Virus record (IMG/VR): IMGVR_UViG_3300005670_000019
DNA from: a virus
Taxonomy: Duplodnaviria > Caudoviricetes
DNA length: 64,000 nt
Strand: one strand, 5' to 3'
Shown: piece by piece, positions 34,218-46,206 of the stretch
Numbering within the stretch: the stretch's first letter is position 1
How the letters are laid out: every line of letters begins with the position of its first letter
The notes under the pieces: model-generated
Told to the model about the DNA's origin: nothing
Database searches by the model: none
The model's input: the letters and a program-made list of their open reading frames with translations, nothing else
Made by a program: the position numbers and the translations under genes

Positions 34218-35230
34218 ATTTTGTGCTATGATCAACAATAGCAAGAAACCGACGAAATTTCAAGGAAAATCATTCAGTTCTTTTTTTTGACCCAATCTTG
34301 GAACTTTCCCCAAATGAGTGGGTTATCGAGGTGCAAAGATTTGTAAATCCAAAGTCCAATAAATGGCATTGAATACCAAAAAAGAATATGATAACCCCAC
34401 AAGGAAACACTTCCAACAAGTAGAAGTGACACTGCAAGAGAAATCAAAATCAAAATTGGAATAGCAAAAAAGAAAGTAAACCCCCAAATTGATACATGCG
34501 GATTTTCAAAAAGTTCCTCAACAAGAGCCATCCAAACAAAAAGGATCGTGCGAAATACTCGAAGTGGATCAAACTTCCATTTGATTTCATTTTTTGGTGG
34601 CTTCGATGGCGTACGATATCCGCCATTTTCATTGTTGTTTGTTGTCATTGGTGTTGACCTTTCAAAACGTCATCAATCCCTTGGTGAGATAAGTTCAAAG
34701 AACCATGTAAAGACGGTTTTGATCGTATTCTTCCAATCTCTTTTTAGGTAAGTCCTAGCAACCCATGCACAGAAAAATCCTGTGATGAAGTAAGTTATCA
34801 GAGCTAAGGCAAAAGCAAAAGTCCAACTCATAATACCTTCACAAACTTTCCGCGATTGAAATCATCTAATGGACAAAAGAATCTTCCAAAGATCATTTCT
34901 TTTGAAAATGGTGCTCTTTTTTTAGTTGAGAACTTTGAGTCTGTAGTCTCCAAAATAAACAAAGAAACAGAACTCCATTCCTCCGCACCCTTTCGAACAT
35001 AAATACGATCGATTTGAAAAATCGAATCTTTTGGAAAAGTCTTGTTGAATGCGTGTTTTTGAAATGTAGGGTTGGTCCATTTTGTTGGAAATGGAACATT
35101 TTCTGCCTCAAAAAGACACATGTTGCGGTGATCAACAATGACTGAAAATGTCCAATCATCAGGATTTTTAATTTTTGTTCCAAGTTCCGGAATGAAAAAC
35201 ATAATGAACCTTTCTCAGTTGAGAGAAATT

Positions 35231-35304
35231 TGGTACAGGTAGCCGGAATCGAACCGACCTCTCAGCACTGGCAATGCCGCGTAATACCAATATACCATAC
35301 CTGC
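35231..35304 (-). tRNA. tRNA-Gly(GCC)
   Basis: CGGCA-TT-GCC-AG-TGCTG; CCA encoded. Confidence 0.9.
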
Positions 35305-35566
35305 ATAGTTACCAGGGTTTTGAACTCCTTTATGAGTTCGATAAGTTTATCACTTTTCACAAAGGATAGTGCAATAAACTGCGTTTCAATTGTTCTAACT
35401 TTTCCCTGGTGTCTTGAGTGGTAAGCTACAAGAAAGTTAGCGGAGGGGAGACAACAACCTTTTGCACGAAACGCCCACAAAAGGTTCAGTACCCGGGATC
35501 CTCGGGTTTTATTTTGTGTGAACTTTCACTCCCAATGTTGAACACACTTTTCACTAATATTAGTGT

Positions 35567-35642
35567 TGGTCCGACATATGGGAATCGAACCCATCTCTAA
35601 CGGCTTATAAGACCGTCCCCTCAACCAGTTGGGTTATGTCGG
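35567..35642 (-). tRNA. tRNA-Ile(UAU)
   Basis: ACGGT-CT-TAT-AA-GCCGT; CCA encoded. Confidence 0.9.
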
Positions 35643-35664
35643 AAATACATGTATACTTATACGT

Positions 35665-36048
35665 ATGTCATTCAAACATTCTCAAGAAAGTTTATTGGAA
35701 TATCTAAAAAAATATTCTAACTCTAGATTGCCTAACACTCATAGAGTAAAATTACATTTACTCCAAACCAAATTTTTAGAAAACAAATGTTCAATTTGCA
35801 ATATGCCACCTTTTTGGTTTGGTAAACCCATTAGTTTCCATCTTGATCACATTGATGGAAACCCAAAAAACAATGAAGTTTCAAACTTCAGAATTCTTTG
35901 TCCAAACTGTCATTCTCAAACAGAAAGTTATTGCGGTAAAAAGAACACTAAAACCCAACACATAAGACAAAAATATTTTTGTCTTGATTGTAAATCAGAA
36001 ATTACATCAAGGGCAAAACGTTGCAAATCCTGTGCTCGACGAGCCTAA
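35665..36048 (+). CDS. HNH endonuclease
   Basis: FHLDHIDGNPKNNEVSNFRILCPNCH; TATACT lies 7 nt before the ATG. Confidence 0.9.
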   Translation: MSFKHSQESLLEYLKKYSNSRLPNTHRVKLHLLQTKFLENKCSICNMPPFWFGKPISFHLDHIDGNPKNNEVSNFRILCPNCHSQTESYCGKKNTKTQHIRQKYFCLDCKSEITSRAKRCKSCARRA

Positions 36049-36066
36049 CCATTTGCCTACCCTTCC
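36041..36066 (-). pseudogene. 5' remnant of a Ser-like tRNA
   Basis: GGAAGGG-TA-GGC-AAATGGTTAG-GCT directly after promoter 36076-36104. Confidence 0.5.
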
Positions 36067-36119
36067 ATATTCTTAATTATGCCTCAAATTCGGAGAGATT
36101 TCAAGGCATAATTCAAAAT

Positions 36120-36815
36120 TCAGTATCCATCAAGTCCCACTGTGTTTTCATAAGTATCGATGACAAGCGGTCTATGACCTGGCTCGTAACTTTCGTTACA
36201 GATAGCCGCATTGACCACAGTAGAGCCCCAGGGCATTTTGTAAACCCCGTAAGAGTAATGAATGTGTCCACACACAATCCATTTTGTCTTCGTCTCAGAA
36301 AGGCGTGTGGTGAGTTCTGGACAGCCATAATGAACAAGTCTACTTACGTACTTGTTCTTATAATCCGGACCAACATCACCATACATTGAGGGCGGACCAT
36401 GCGTAATCAAAACATCAGTTTCTTCGGGAAGTTGATCCCAAATGTCACGAGCCTCCGGTCCAGGCTCGTAACCCCATCCCCAACTTCCTGCAATTGGAGA
36501 ATAGCTTTCGCCATAGAAATTCAGACCATCAATGGTCACAAGTTCATTATGAATGAACTGAACATTTCCATCGTACTTTTCAAGATGGTACTTGTAATAC
36601 CTAGTGTTTCCAGAAAACTCTGCTTCATGATTGCCGCAAATTACGAGCTTATGTTCGTGAGGTTGAGCTGCAAACCATTTGGCAAATTGTTCAATTTGTT
36701 CAAGAGTTCCTGTTCGGGAAAAGTCGCCTGCATGAACGAGAACATCACCCATAGGAATTGGATGATAAAGCCTATCATGAAGACAATGAGTGTCACTGAT
36801 GCAGACGATTTTCAT
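36120..36815 (-). CDS. Calcineurin-like metallophosphoesterase
   Basis: SDTH, HAGD, GNHE, THGPP and GHIH. Confidence 0.92.
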   Translation of the reverse strand: MKIVCISDTHCLHDRLYHPIPMGDVLVHAGDFSRTGTLEQIEQFAKWFAAQPHEHKLVICGNHEAEFSGNTRYYKYHLEKYDGNVQFIHNELVTIDGLNFYGESYSPIAGSWGWGYEPGPEARDIWDQLPEETDVLITHGPPSMYGDVGPDYKNKYVSRLVHYGCPELTTRLSETKTKWIVCGHIHYSYGVYKMPWGSTVVNAAICNESYEPGHRPLVIDTYENTVGLDGY

Positions 36816-38396
36816 ACTTTATTCTATGATGATTTCGTCAGAATTTCAAACAACATTTCATTCTTCTTCTAGTTTTGTGAAGCGAATGTCCGTCTCGCAC
36901 TCAATAATCGCACCATTCTTACAAAGAGCTGCAACTCTGACAAAGCGTCCTGGAGAAAATGATCCCTTTCCAATGAAAGAAGAAACTTGATCATCCAAAT
37001 CAATAAGAAGAATGAATAGAGTACAATCTATGTACTGGTACTTTTCATTGAAGAAAACTAATGATTGAAACTTTCTTCTTGGAAAAAGAATTGTACCTGT
37101 TTCGAGACACATTTTAGAAAGTCTTTGGTTTGTTGGGTGATCGGACAAAAAACTTTTTCAATCTTTCAACGAAAGATTTCCACTTTTCTTGTCGCAACTT
37201 TGACTTCTCTTGTCGAAGTCTTTCTTTTTCTCTTTTTCTCTCAAGCTTCTCGTTGAGAGCCTTCGCTCTTCGGTCAGCTTCACAGTTTCCGCATTCATAA
37301 GCCCAATTAGCATTATGATCTAGAAATGTGTTGAAATACTTTTGCTGGCATTCGTGACAGAGAACTTTTCCACAAACACAACAAACAACGGGTTCTCCAT
37401 GTTCACAAATTGCGTTTCTTTCCCAACCTTTAGGCGGAAAGTCACGGGGTCGATGATATGCATGAAACGCCGCTGCTTTCCTTCGCAACCAATCAAAGTG
37501 ATGATTGTCACGATATTCTAGCTCAGCTTTCAGCCGAGCATTTTCTTTTCGAAGGTCTTCACTCATTGGAAGTTGCTTGTTTGTTAGGATTAGGAGGCAC
37601 AAGTGTTAGGTTTCCTACATATGTCCAACCATGAAAAAGAACACCTTCTTGATGCCGAAAAACTACTTCAACTCTTGGATTGGTGTCCAACTCTTGTGGA
37701 ATCTTGCTATGATTCGTGTATATCACATGTTCTAATCTAGACCACATTTTCTGGTATGGTCCTTTGTTTTGGAAATACAAAGGACCATCACCAATATACA
37801 TCCCTGTATATTTAGAACGAGTTATGTCCGCCACGAAGTCGTCAAATATCCAGTTTTTTGACGAAAAAAGACGTATTGATGGAAAGCGTAAATAAATTGG
37901 CGTCCCAGCTTCAACGACATGAATTTCTTCTGGATCGTCAAACATCATGTCCGGGCATTGGAGGAGCGCAAACGTCTGTGACGCAGTTGACAGGAGAGGC
38001 GCCCTTGACAACAGTCAAGACACCGCGAATTTTGTTGACACGAAAAACATGTTGCGAGAAGCCGACGGGAATGTCAAAATTCCAGCCGTTTCGTGCAGCT
38101 TCACCAGCCGAAGCGAAAGCTCCTAGGGCACGCAAAAGTTGCGGCATTCGCCACTCGCGGGGAGCAGTCCAAACAATGTCGGTCGGTTGAATGTCGCAGA
38201 CACCTTCCCAAAAGGGCTTGGAAAGTGCCGTTTGGCAATCCGGACCTACGAAAACCGTCCCGAAATCGACGAAGGACTGAACCTTTCCCCCCAGGAAAAC
38301 CTTGCATTTCTGCTCGATATCTCCCGCGAGATTGACCATCGTTTCGTTGTGCCGAGCCATTTCGCTCGCAAGATTTAGCATTTTCGACATGCCTAC

Positions 38397-38425
38397 ACTA
38401 TAGCATATGGGTCGACCATTTTCAA
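38397..38425 (-). promoter_or_regulatory. Sigma70-type promoter, leaderless ORF at 38390
   Basis: TTGAAA-N17-TATAGT with extended TG. Confidence 0.8.
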
Positions 38426-39358
38426 GTAATGCTAACCCCTTGAAATCATTGGTAAACTGCTCGGTCTACGCCGTGATTACAATCCTTTAGGGTCGCGTCG
38501 GGCAAGCAGAGCCAGTGTCCGCGTTCGATTTCCTCGAAAAGTTCTCGTTCAATTGAGTACGTTCTAATTTCATTATCGAACGAAAGGTCCACGGTCCAGT
38601 TTTCGGGATGGTGAACGGGAACCTGGCGACAAGATTGCACCTTTCCAACGGTCGTACATTGTGTGTTGTACGTTGTATATGGAGGGTGATATTCCTTCGA
38701 AGAAATAGTTCCGACATATCGGTCGCGACTAACATGATCACTGATTGCGGAACCAGCAAGATAAATCAGGTAACAAACAAAAAGAAATCCAACAACCATC
38801 AAAAGGTAAGGAAACAATCCTTTGAGGTCATCCCAAAGTCCTGCAATCTTCTCACCAATCCAAGAAAGATAGGAAGACTTCTTCTTGAGTTTTGCAAGTT
38901 GCTTGTGAAGATCATGAATTGTTTTGCGGCTTGAGAGAACTTCCTTATTCAAGGAGGAAATCTTTTCCTTACTCTCATTCAGCTCGCGGCGAATTCTGGC
39001 TTCATCATCCGATCTATACATGAGTCAAACTTTCAAAAGAAAGGGTTCGTTTTTTCAAACTGCGGTTTGTAACTCAACAGAAGTCTTGGCTCTACCAAAG
39101 TAGAGCTTTTATGTCCACCGGGCTCAATGAATTGAATTTCAATAAGTCCATCTTCATCCTCAAGTGAGGAGATTTTAGCTTCATGAACTTCAAGAGATTG
39201 TGGATAAATGCAAGGGAACTTGGGAGAACCATATTCATCAACTTCTGCTGAAAGAAGCCAAACTGTCTGCCCGATTTCAAAGCTCATACCAAACTGTCCT
39301 TACAAAGATAGTTGCCGAAGCAACAAAAGAAAAACTCAAAAGAAAGAGTGTCATAATT

Positions 39359-39432
39359 TGGAGTCGCCCGTCAGTAACGATCTGACCTCAACCAGTTTTG
39401 CAGACTAGTGCCATCACCTGATGGAGAGCGAC
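39359..39432 (-). tRNA. tRNA-Cys(GCA)
   Basis: CTAGT-CT-GCA-AA-ACTGG; U73 and CCA; atypical T-loop. Confidence 0.8.
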
Positions 39433-39440
39433 ATGTAACC

Positions 39441-39469
39441 ACTATAATGCGGTCGGAAGTTATTTTCAA
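39441..39469 (-). promoter_or_regulatory. Dedicated promoter of tRNA-Cys
   Basis: TTGAAA-N17-TATAGT, 8 nt before the tRNA. Confidence 0.75.
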
Positions 39470-39889
39470 CTAATCAGTTAGAATTTGCTTGAGTTTCTGT
39501 TCCATCTAAAGCACGAGTGAAAATCTGCTGCTCGATCGGAAGTAAAGTCTCTGAACATTCACAAAGACTTCCATCCACTTTCTTTACAGAATAAGGCTCG
39601 CAAGCAAACCTACAACTTCTGTCGGAATGAGAAACAGTCTCACTAATTGTTCTCAAAACTTGAACTCTTTCGGGATCTGGGTTTGGGAAAACATCATTTA
39701 CTGCACAAGTTCCAAAAAATGCAACGATTATGAGAGTTGCAAGAAATGCTCCGATGCGGAGCGTTCGTTTCTTTAGTTCAAAAGTCAATTCCTCTTCACT
39801 TTTTGAAGAAGGGCGGCGAGCAATGGCTTCATCCACAATTCTCTTTACAGAAGAGAGAAACTCTTGCTTTTCATCTGGATTTCTATACA

Positions 39890-40177
39890 TCACAAGTCCT
39901 TTACAATTCCGCAAACGTCCCTTGTCCAGCCGTTTACGAAACCTTTGTTGTTACTAATCTGAAAACCCTTAGTTTTGTCAATTGCTGAAATGAGGTGAAG
40001 AAAAATTCTTCCCCTAACCTTACAGAGAACAACGTTTCCAACTTCCAAAATGGAAGTATCATTCAATGGATAAACTGTGACTTCCTGTCCGCTCTTGATT
40101 CTTGGCAACATAGAGTTGCCTTTCGGATTGAAAGTAACTGTTTCGCCGTTCTTTACTTTTTCAAATACGTGTTGCAT
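39890..40177 (-). CDS. S24/S26 peptidase-like protein
   Basis: GNSMLP serine motif. Confidence 0.55.
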   Translation of the reverse strand: MQHVFEKVKNGETVTFNPKGNSMLPRIKSGQEVTVYPLNDTSILEVGNVVLCKVRGRIFLHLISAIDKTKGFQISNNKGFVNGWTRDVCGIVKDL

Positions 40178-42582
40178 CTAAATCTTTAGAATGTTCATAC
40201 CCTGCTTCAATAGCAGCTTCAAGCAAGTCTGTTTCAGACTTTGAAAGATTCAACATTTTTGAGGCGTCGAGGACATGATTTTTTATTTCACTAATAATGT
40301 TCAAGAACTGAATTGGACGTTCAAAAATCAAAACAACGGACGTTTCATCAATTGATTGGTTTGTTGTGTTTATAAGTCGCCATCCTTCTTTTGCGAAGGA
40401 AGTCAAAACGTTTTGAAGAGATTTAGTAGAAAGTTCGTCTTTGAAATACGTGCCAGTTTCGTCACTTTCAGGAACCGAAAGTGAAACGGTTTCTACATGA
40501 TATTCAAACTTCATTATCTCCTCTAATCCTTGCCAAAAATTGCTTCTTTTGCAACTCTAATTCTTCTTGATGTTTTATACGTGCAACTTCAAGAACTTTT
40601 TCGTTCTGAATGAACACTTCAAGAGTTTCAAGCAATGTTTTCTTAGGAACGCCATCAAGAACCATCTTTCTAATTTGTTCAAGATAGGTCATTTTTCACC
40701 TTTAATTCCAAGCTCTGTTGCAGCTCGCTCCATTTCCGCATGATAGACAGCATCGCACATTTCCCAGGAACATGCAAAGCGAGCAATGCCCGCGTCACGC
40801 AAACGCTCATGAAGAACGTGACCTGGCGTCAAGTTTGCCTTTTCCAACAAATGACCTAATCCAAGTTCTTCGCAAGCAGTCACAGATAATGCAATGCTAC
40901 TACTTCCTTGACTTAGAATAAGTTCCTTCCCTCTCGGATAAAGACCAACATTTCCATCAAGTCTTTTGATCGGAAGTTCAGAACGGATCTTTTTGTCAAG
41001 ACGAACTCTTGTCGCCTTTTTAATTTCGTCCGCTTCAATCTTTGCCCAGGCTTCTTGGTCAGTCATTTTCAAACTCCTCTTCAGAAAGGCGACCGCACTC
41101 TGTCGTGATCAAATCACCTGAATGATAGTTGAACTTTACAGCAGTAATTGGTCCACTTTCTTCACTCTCGCGACATTCCATCCAATTCCAATAATCTTGC
41201 TCGCCTTGTCCATCCAACCAAGACTTGAAATGTTTCAAGGCTTTTTTGTTGTCAAAACTAATCACAAGTTCATGAACTTTCTTTTTATCACTCATTTGGT
41301 TCCTCGCGAAGTTTTGCAGCAGCGATAATCAAAGCTTGCCCAAACTTTTCAAGGTGATCAGGCGTCATCATAGCAAACTCATATGTATGTTGCGAGTATC
41401 CATGATAACCTTCAGAAATCTTCAAAGTGGGTATGTTATCCCCTTCTTTGGAAACTTCCATTATCAAACCACCATTATCAACATGTTGATAATATCTTCC
41501 GTAAACTACTTTATTCATTGTTTCATCTCTCATTCTTCAATCAAGGTCGTCCCAGTTGTCTTCATCTATTCCCCAAAGAGGAGAAGGAGAATAATCCTCA
41601 TTGAAGTATTTCTTTTTGTAATACTTCATTGCATTCGTCCATGACGTAGCTTCAAACTCTTCAAGAATTTCTCCGCCGTTTTCAGCGAGTTCTTTTAGAA
41701 CGTATTCTTCTTGTTCTTTTAGAGTGCAGCAATAACTTCTTCCAACAGTGCCACAACCGGAGCGGTGACCAAGAACAACAAGAGTTTTTGTTTTACTGCT
41801 CATCAGTTTCCTCTTCAAACTCTTCGTTAGGTTCTTCAAGAACTTCTTTGTGAAGGTCAAAGATCAACACAGAATAATCATCACTTATGAAAACTGCGAT
41901 TTTTAGACTGGACTCTGGTTTAGGTTTCAGATAGGAAATTATTCCTTCTTCGGAATAGACAGAATCAAACTGAAACTTTTGAGTTTGTTTCTTATTCTTC
42001 CAGTAGCCCTTATATTCAAGTAGTTCGTGCCTGTCCAAAGAGAAATAAACCTCTCCCTTTTCGGGATCAAGAAACCACCAACGATCGTTCATTACAACAT
42101 AAACTTGAGTCTGTGGTGTTGGAGGGTTTACCTCATCTTTTTGTTCCCAAATAGAATCGCCAATCGCTGTCTTCATAACTTACATTACCACTTCTTGTGG
42201 CGATTTTCAACAAAAATTTGATAGGACTTATCGAATTTGGATTTTAGAAAATCTAAAGGACTTTGAATGAAAGAAAGAAGTTTGTACTTGACAGTTCTAT
42301 TATCCTTGTTCTTTTTTATTTCTAAAAAGTTCTCTCTTCTCAAGATTTCCCATTCATTCTCAAGAACCTTTACAGCAGCTTTACTTTGTGCTGAGGCATG
42401 TTGAGCTCGGAACCATTCAAGTTCCGCCAAGTTTCTTTCAAGTTGAGAAGCTGTTGACGATGAAGCCTTCATGGCAGCTACAAATCTCTTTTGAGCCTTT
42501 GTAACTTGCTCTTTATGCTTTCTTCTAAGCATCCTAGCACTCTTTAGTTGTTGAAGAGTGCTATCATATGGTGAAAAGTATT

Positions 42583-43608
42583 TCACTTCTTGTTAGAAAC
42601 GGCGGCTCCACCAAGCTTTGCAAGGTTCTCAAAAAGAGGACGAAGCTGCTGGAGACGTGGCTGAATAACGTCACGTGAACTTGCTTCGATTTGCATTTCG
42701 CAAGCCGCAGCGACACCATCGCCATAAGGAACATCAAAGTTCTCTGTCGCAGCGTGAAGCAAAGTTGCCATGACCATCTTTGCGATCTCATTCTTTACAG
42801 GATCTCCCTTATCTGTAAAGTCGTATCCAGTAAGCTCGCGAGCAAAAGTCAAAAGAGTTTCACCAATCTCATCCACGGCGGCAACCTTCGCACCATGTGT
42901 TGCGGCGCGCCTTGCCATTTGAACGGTTCCAGAAACAGTCTTTTCCTTGGTTGTTTTTGCGGTTGTCATTTTCTTTTCTTCTTTCGTTTTTGTAATGGTC
43001 TTTGTTTTGGTGTCTGATTCCGACTTTTCAGTCGGTTGATTTTTTGTTAAATCAACCCTTGATTTGTGAGGAACATAAAAAGCATTGGTTGCAACTCTAC
43101 AAATTTTGGTAATTCCAGTGTAGGCGCGGGAGGTTGAAATACAGTGCGCGTGATACTTGCTTTCAAGAAACTCTGCCTCTCTGTGAGAAATGAGGAAGTA
43201 TCCTTCTTGAATGCTTTCAAAATTTCTCATTCTCTGAGTTCCGTCAGATTTTGTAAATCCTTGAAATTTTAGACGATAGAGTGAAAAATTTTGATATAGA
43301 GTTTCTGTAAATCCTGAGATTTGATAGGCGGCACCATTCAGAATGATTTTAATGCGTTCATGATTCAAAACTTGTTTGAATGATGGGTTTTTATTTTTTC
43401 TAGAACCGATAAGAAGTCTGCAAAGTGTTCCGTCCAGTTCTTCTACAAAGAACGATTTAGGATCTGGTTCTGAATCTAACTTTAGCTTTCTGATCTCATT
43501 ACTGAGCAAAAAGTTTTCTAAGTAAAACTCATTTACAGGACGCGGTTCGGTGTAGTAGTTAGGGTCACTGTTAGTACGAATTGATAAAGCTTCCATTGTT
43601 TCTTTCAA
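42583..43608 (-). CDS. Hypothetical protein, possible internal start at 42970
   Basis: 341 aa ORF; GC content rises in the C-terminal part. Confidence 0.55.
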   Translation of the reverse strand: MKETMEALSIRTNSDPNYYTEPRPVNEFYLENFLLSNEIRKLKLDSEPDPKSFFVEELDGTLCRLLIGSRKNKNPSFKQVLNHERIKIILNGAAYQISGFTETLYQNFSLYRLKFQGFTKSDGTQRMRNFESIQEGYFLISHREAEFLESKYHAHCISTSRAYTGITKICRVATNAFYVPHKSRVDLTKNQPTEKSESDTKTKTITKTKEEKKMTTAKTTKEKTVSGTVQMARRAATHGAKVAAVDEIGETLLTFARELTGYDFTDKGDPVKNEIAKMVMATLLHAATENFDVPYGDGVAAACEMQIEASSRDVIQPRLQQLRPLFENLAKLGGAAVSNKK

Positions 43609-43937
43609 AGCTTATACGTTTTCCAAAGACTGGAAATAGGATTGAAGACATAGAGATATTGACAACCATAATCTCTTGATTTCGATTTGAGTTCTGTTAG
43701 AGAAGATGTTTTTACAATGTCCAACTCTTCCCCTCGTGAAGTATAAAACTCACACAATGCTACATCTTTTGCAAGAGTTGACATTCCACCTCTTGAAATA
43801 AGATTGTTTACCTTTGGTAAGTCAGTGTAATACTCTCGAAGAGTTGCTCCAACTCCTTCGGGGTATCCATCAAAATGACAGTAAACGCTCAGGTAGAATG
43901 AGCCTTCCTTCATTGCAATCATTGATCTTGTTGCCAT
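43605..43937 (-). CDS. Hypothetical phage protein
   Basis: MATRSMIA...YCHFDGYPEGVG, a motif I recognise from phage proteins. Confidence 0.65.
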   Translation of the reverse strand: MATRSMIAMKEGSFYLSVYCHFDGYPEGVGATLREYYTDLPKVNNLISRGGMSTLAKDVALCEFYTSRGEELDIVKTSSLTELKSKSRDYGCQYLYVFNPISSLWKTYKL

Positions 43938-43988
43938 AGTTTCAATCTATCGGAAAAGGGAATATCATTCAATTCAATGAGAAAAATT

Positions 43989-44080
43989 TGGCGGTAGACA
44001 GAGGAATCGAACCCCATGGGCTTTTACACCACATCAACCGCTTTCCAGGCGGCGCCCTTCACCATCAGGGAATATCTACC
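43989..44080 (-). tRNA. tRNA-Ser(GGA)
   Basis: GCCGC-CT-GGA-AA-GCGGT; long variable arm; CCA encoded. Confidence 0.9.
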
Positions 44081-44327
44081 ATTCATTGATTCTACCTTTG
44101 AGTGGGGAGTATAATTTCTAGCTCGTTTTCATGCCCATAAAAAGGGAAAGACTCAATATCTCCAACTTCAACCCAAGACCAGTTTTCCCCGTTGCTTATT
44201 TTGGTTACCTTGATATGAATAAAGCCATGATTGGAATTGTCATATCCTTCTAGGATATTTGTAATAATTCCTTCCAGCCCTTCTATCAACTTACCTTTAG
44301 AACGAACATAATCACCAATTGATATAC

Positions 44328-44563
44328 TCATTTTTCAAACCTGCTGCTAAAAAGAAGACACTTATCCTTGCAAAGACTGATACCATTTTCTAAACGTATC
44401 CGCCATTTGGAAGGTCATTTCTATTTGTGATGTGGTGAGCATCAAGAATATCTTCTGGAGAGCTTGGAGACGCCTTTTTGCCACAGCAAACGCACTTGTA
44501 TCCGTCTCTCTTGAAGACGGAATCCCGGAAAACTTGACGAACCTTTTTCTTATTTGAACTCAC
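44328..44563 (-). pseudogene. Frameshifted HNH endonuclease
   Basis: RDGYKCVCCG...LDAHHI...NGGYV then TAG; the -1 frame continues LENGISLCKDKC to a TGA overlapping the next ATG. Confidence 0.7.
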
Positions 44564-45397
44564 AAGATTTTCAAGTATTTGGATATGACATTTTCAGAAT
44601 ATTCATCCAAACATTCATTTCAATATCACCAGCTTCAATGACAGGCTTTGAGAAAGCTCTTTGAATTTCTTCAACTTCTATCTTGAGCTCTTCAGGAGAA
44701 AAGTCCTCAAGAGAAAATGAAGAATAGCCCTCAATGTTCCCATTCCTGTCATAGTAAACTTCATAAATACCATGCAAACCGTCCTTGTTTACAACGCGAT
44801 AGTCCCAACAAGAAAGGTCTTTGTTTTTTTCTTTACGTTCAGTCATGGTCCTCAATAACTTGAGCTTGTTTTAGAATTTCTAAGTCATTACATATGACTT
44901 TATAAAAATCATGATAAGATTGGAAGTTCTTGAAAAGAAAGAAAACGTCTTCCATGGCTTTCTTCAAAGCAAGAACACGTTGAATGTCTTCTCGAACTTT
45001 ATTCTTCACAGCTTCAACCCGGAATGTTCATTTTTGCAAATCTCTTTGCAACATCTTCTCTCAAAATCTTTCCATATTCCAAAAGAATTTTTGCTTCTTC
45101 TTTTGTTGGAATGGTTGAAGTTTTTTGAGGAGTTGTGCTGTATCTTATTGTACAATAGTAAGTCATCCAGACAGCACCTTGCCAGAAAACCCTAACAAAA
45201 TTTATTCCGTCTTTCTTGAACTTCTTTGAAACAACTAGAAGAATTTCACCAACAGATGGTTGCAAAAACCTGTCTCCAAGTTTCATTTCCTTGGAAAGGA
45301 AAACAGGAGAATTGATGCCTTTTCCTTTGTTATCAACAACAACAAAGGTTCCTGGCATGATCTGTTCTTTTGGGGTTGACATACGTTTCTCAAAGTT

Positions 45398-45488
45398 TGG
45401 AGGAAAGCACAGGGATCGAACCTGATCCGGTTATTAGCCGAACGTTCAGTTTAGCAAACTGTCCCAAGTCCAACTTGGTTTACTTTCC
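45398..45488 (-). tRNA. tRNA-Ser(GCU)
   Basis: CAGT-TT-GCT-AA-ACTG; long variable arm; CCA encoded. Confidence 0.88.
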
Positions 45489-46070
45489 ATTAGATGCTAC
45501 TCGAAGCTGAGTTCTGTCTCTTTTATAAAGGCTCTGTTACCGCGTTTTGTTTCAATTCGAAGAATTCTTTCTGCCTTTTCTCGCGAATGAACAAGAAAGC
45601 TAAACCTTAGCTGAGGTACATAGTTGCATTCGGTGTTTAGAAACTCGCCCTTTTCATTGACAATGACAAAAACTTTTATCTTGTTTCCCATTAGATTTTC
45701 TTTAGCTCTTTTGATCTGAATCGTTCGTGGAATCCCTCCAAATTCAAGCTTGAATTGGATTTGGTTATAAGAACTTCTACAATGTCATGAACATCCTGAG
45801 AACTTTGTGGATACAAAATTTTTGTAACAATACCTTCTGATCCTTGTTGATTTGAAACCTTGTCTCCAATTTCAAGAGAAGTCAAAAACAACAAGCGTTT
45901 TTTATGTTCTGTTAGTTCTCGTGCATCAGAATGATAGTTTTCACTCTTTTGCTTTTTTCCATCTTCCCAGGCTTTATCACCCATTTGTCGACAAACAGCA
46001 ATCTGCTCGTCAAGCTTTTCTATGAAAATTTGAAGTTTTTTATTTATTGCTTCGGAAGGCATAATCTATT

Positions 46071-46114
46071 TGGTGCTCAGGGCGGGATTCGAACCCGCAA
46101 GCCGTTTATAGGCA
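46071..46114 (-). pseudogene. 3' half of a split tRNA-Leu
   Basis: Variable arm GCC-TATAAAC-GGC, T-arm GCGGGTTCGAATCCCGC, then CCTGAGC-A-CCA. Confidence 0.88.
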
Positions 46115-46119
46115 TAAAT

Positions 46120-46206
46120 TGGTACCGAGAACAGGATTTGAACCTGCACCCACGTAAAGTGGACAACGCTCTCAACGTTGCGGGTCTGCCATTCCCCCAC
46201 CTCGGC
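46120..46206 (-). tRNA. tRNA-Leu(GAG)
   Basis: CAACG-TT-GAG-AG-CGTTG; long variable arm; CCA encoded. Confidence 0.92.
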
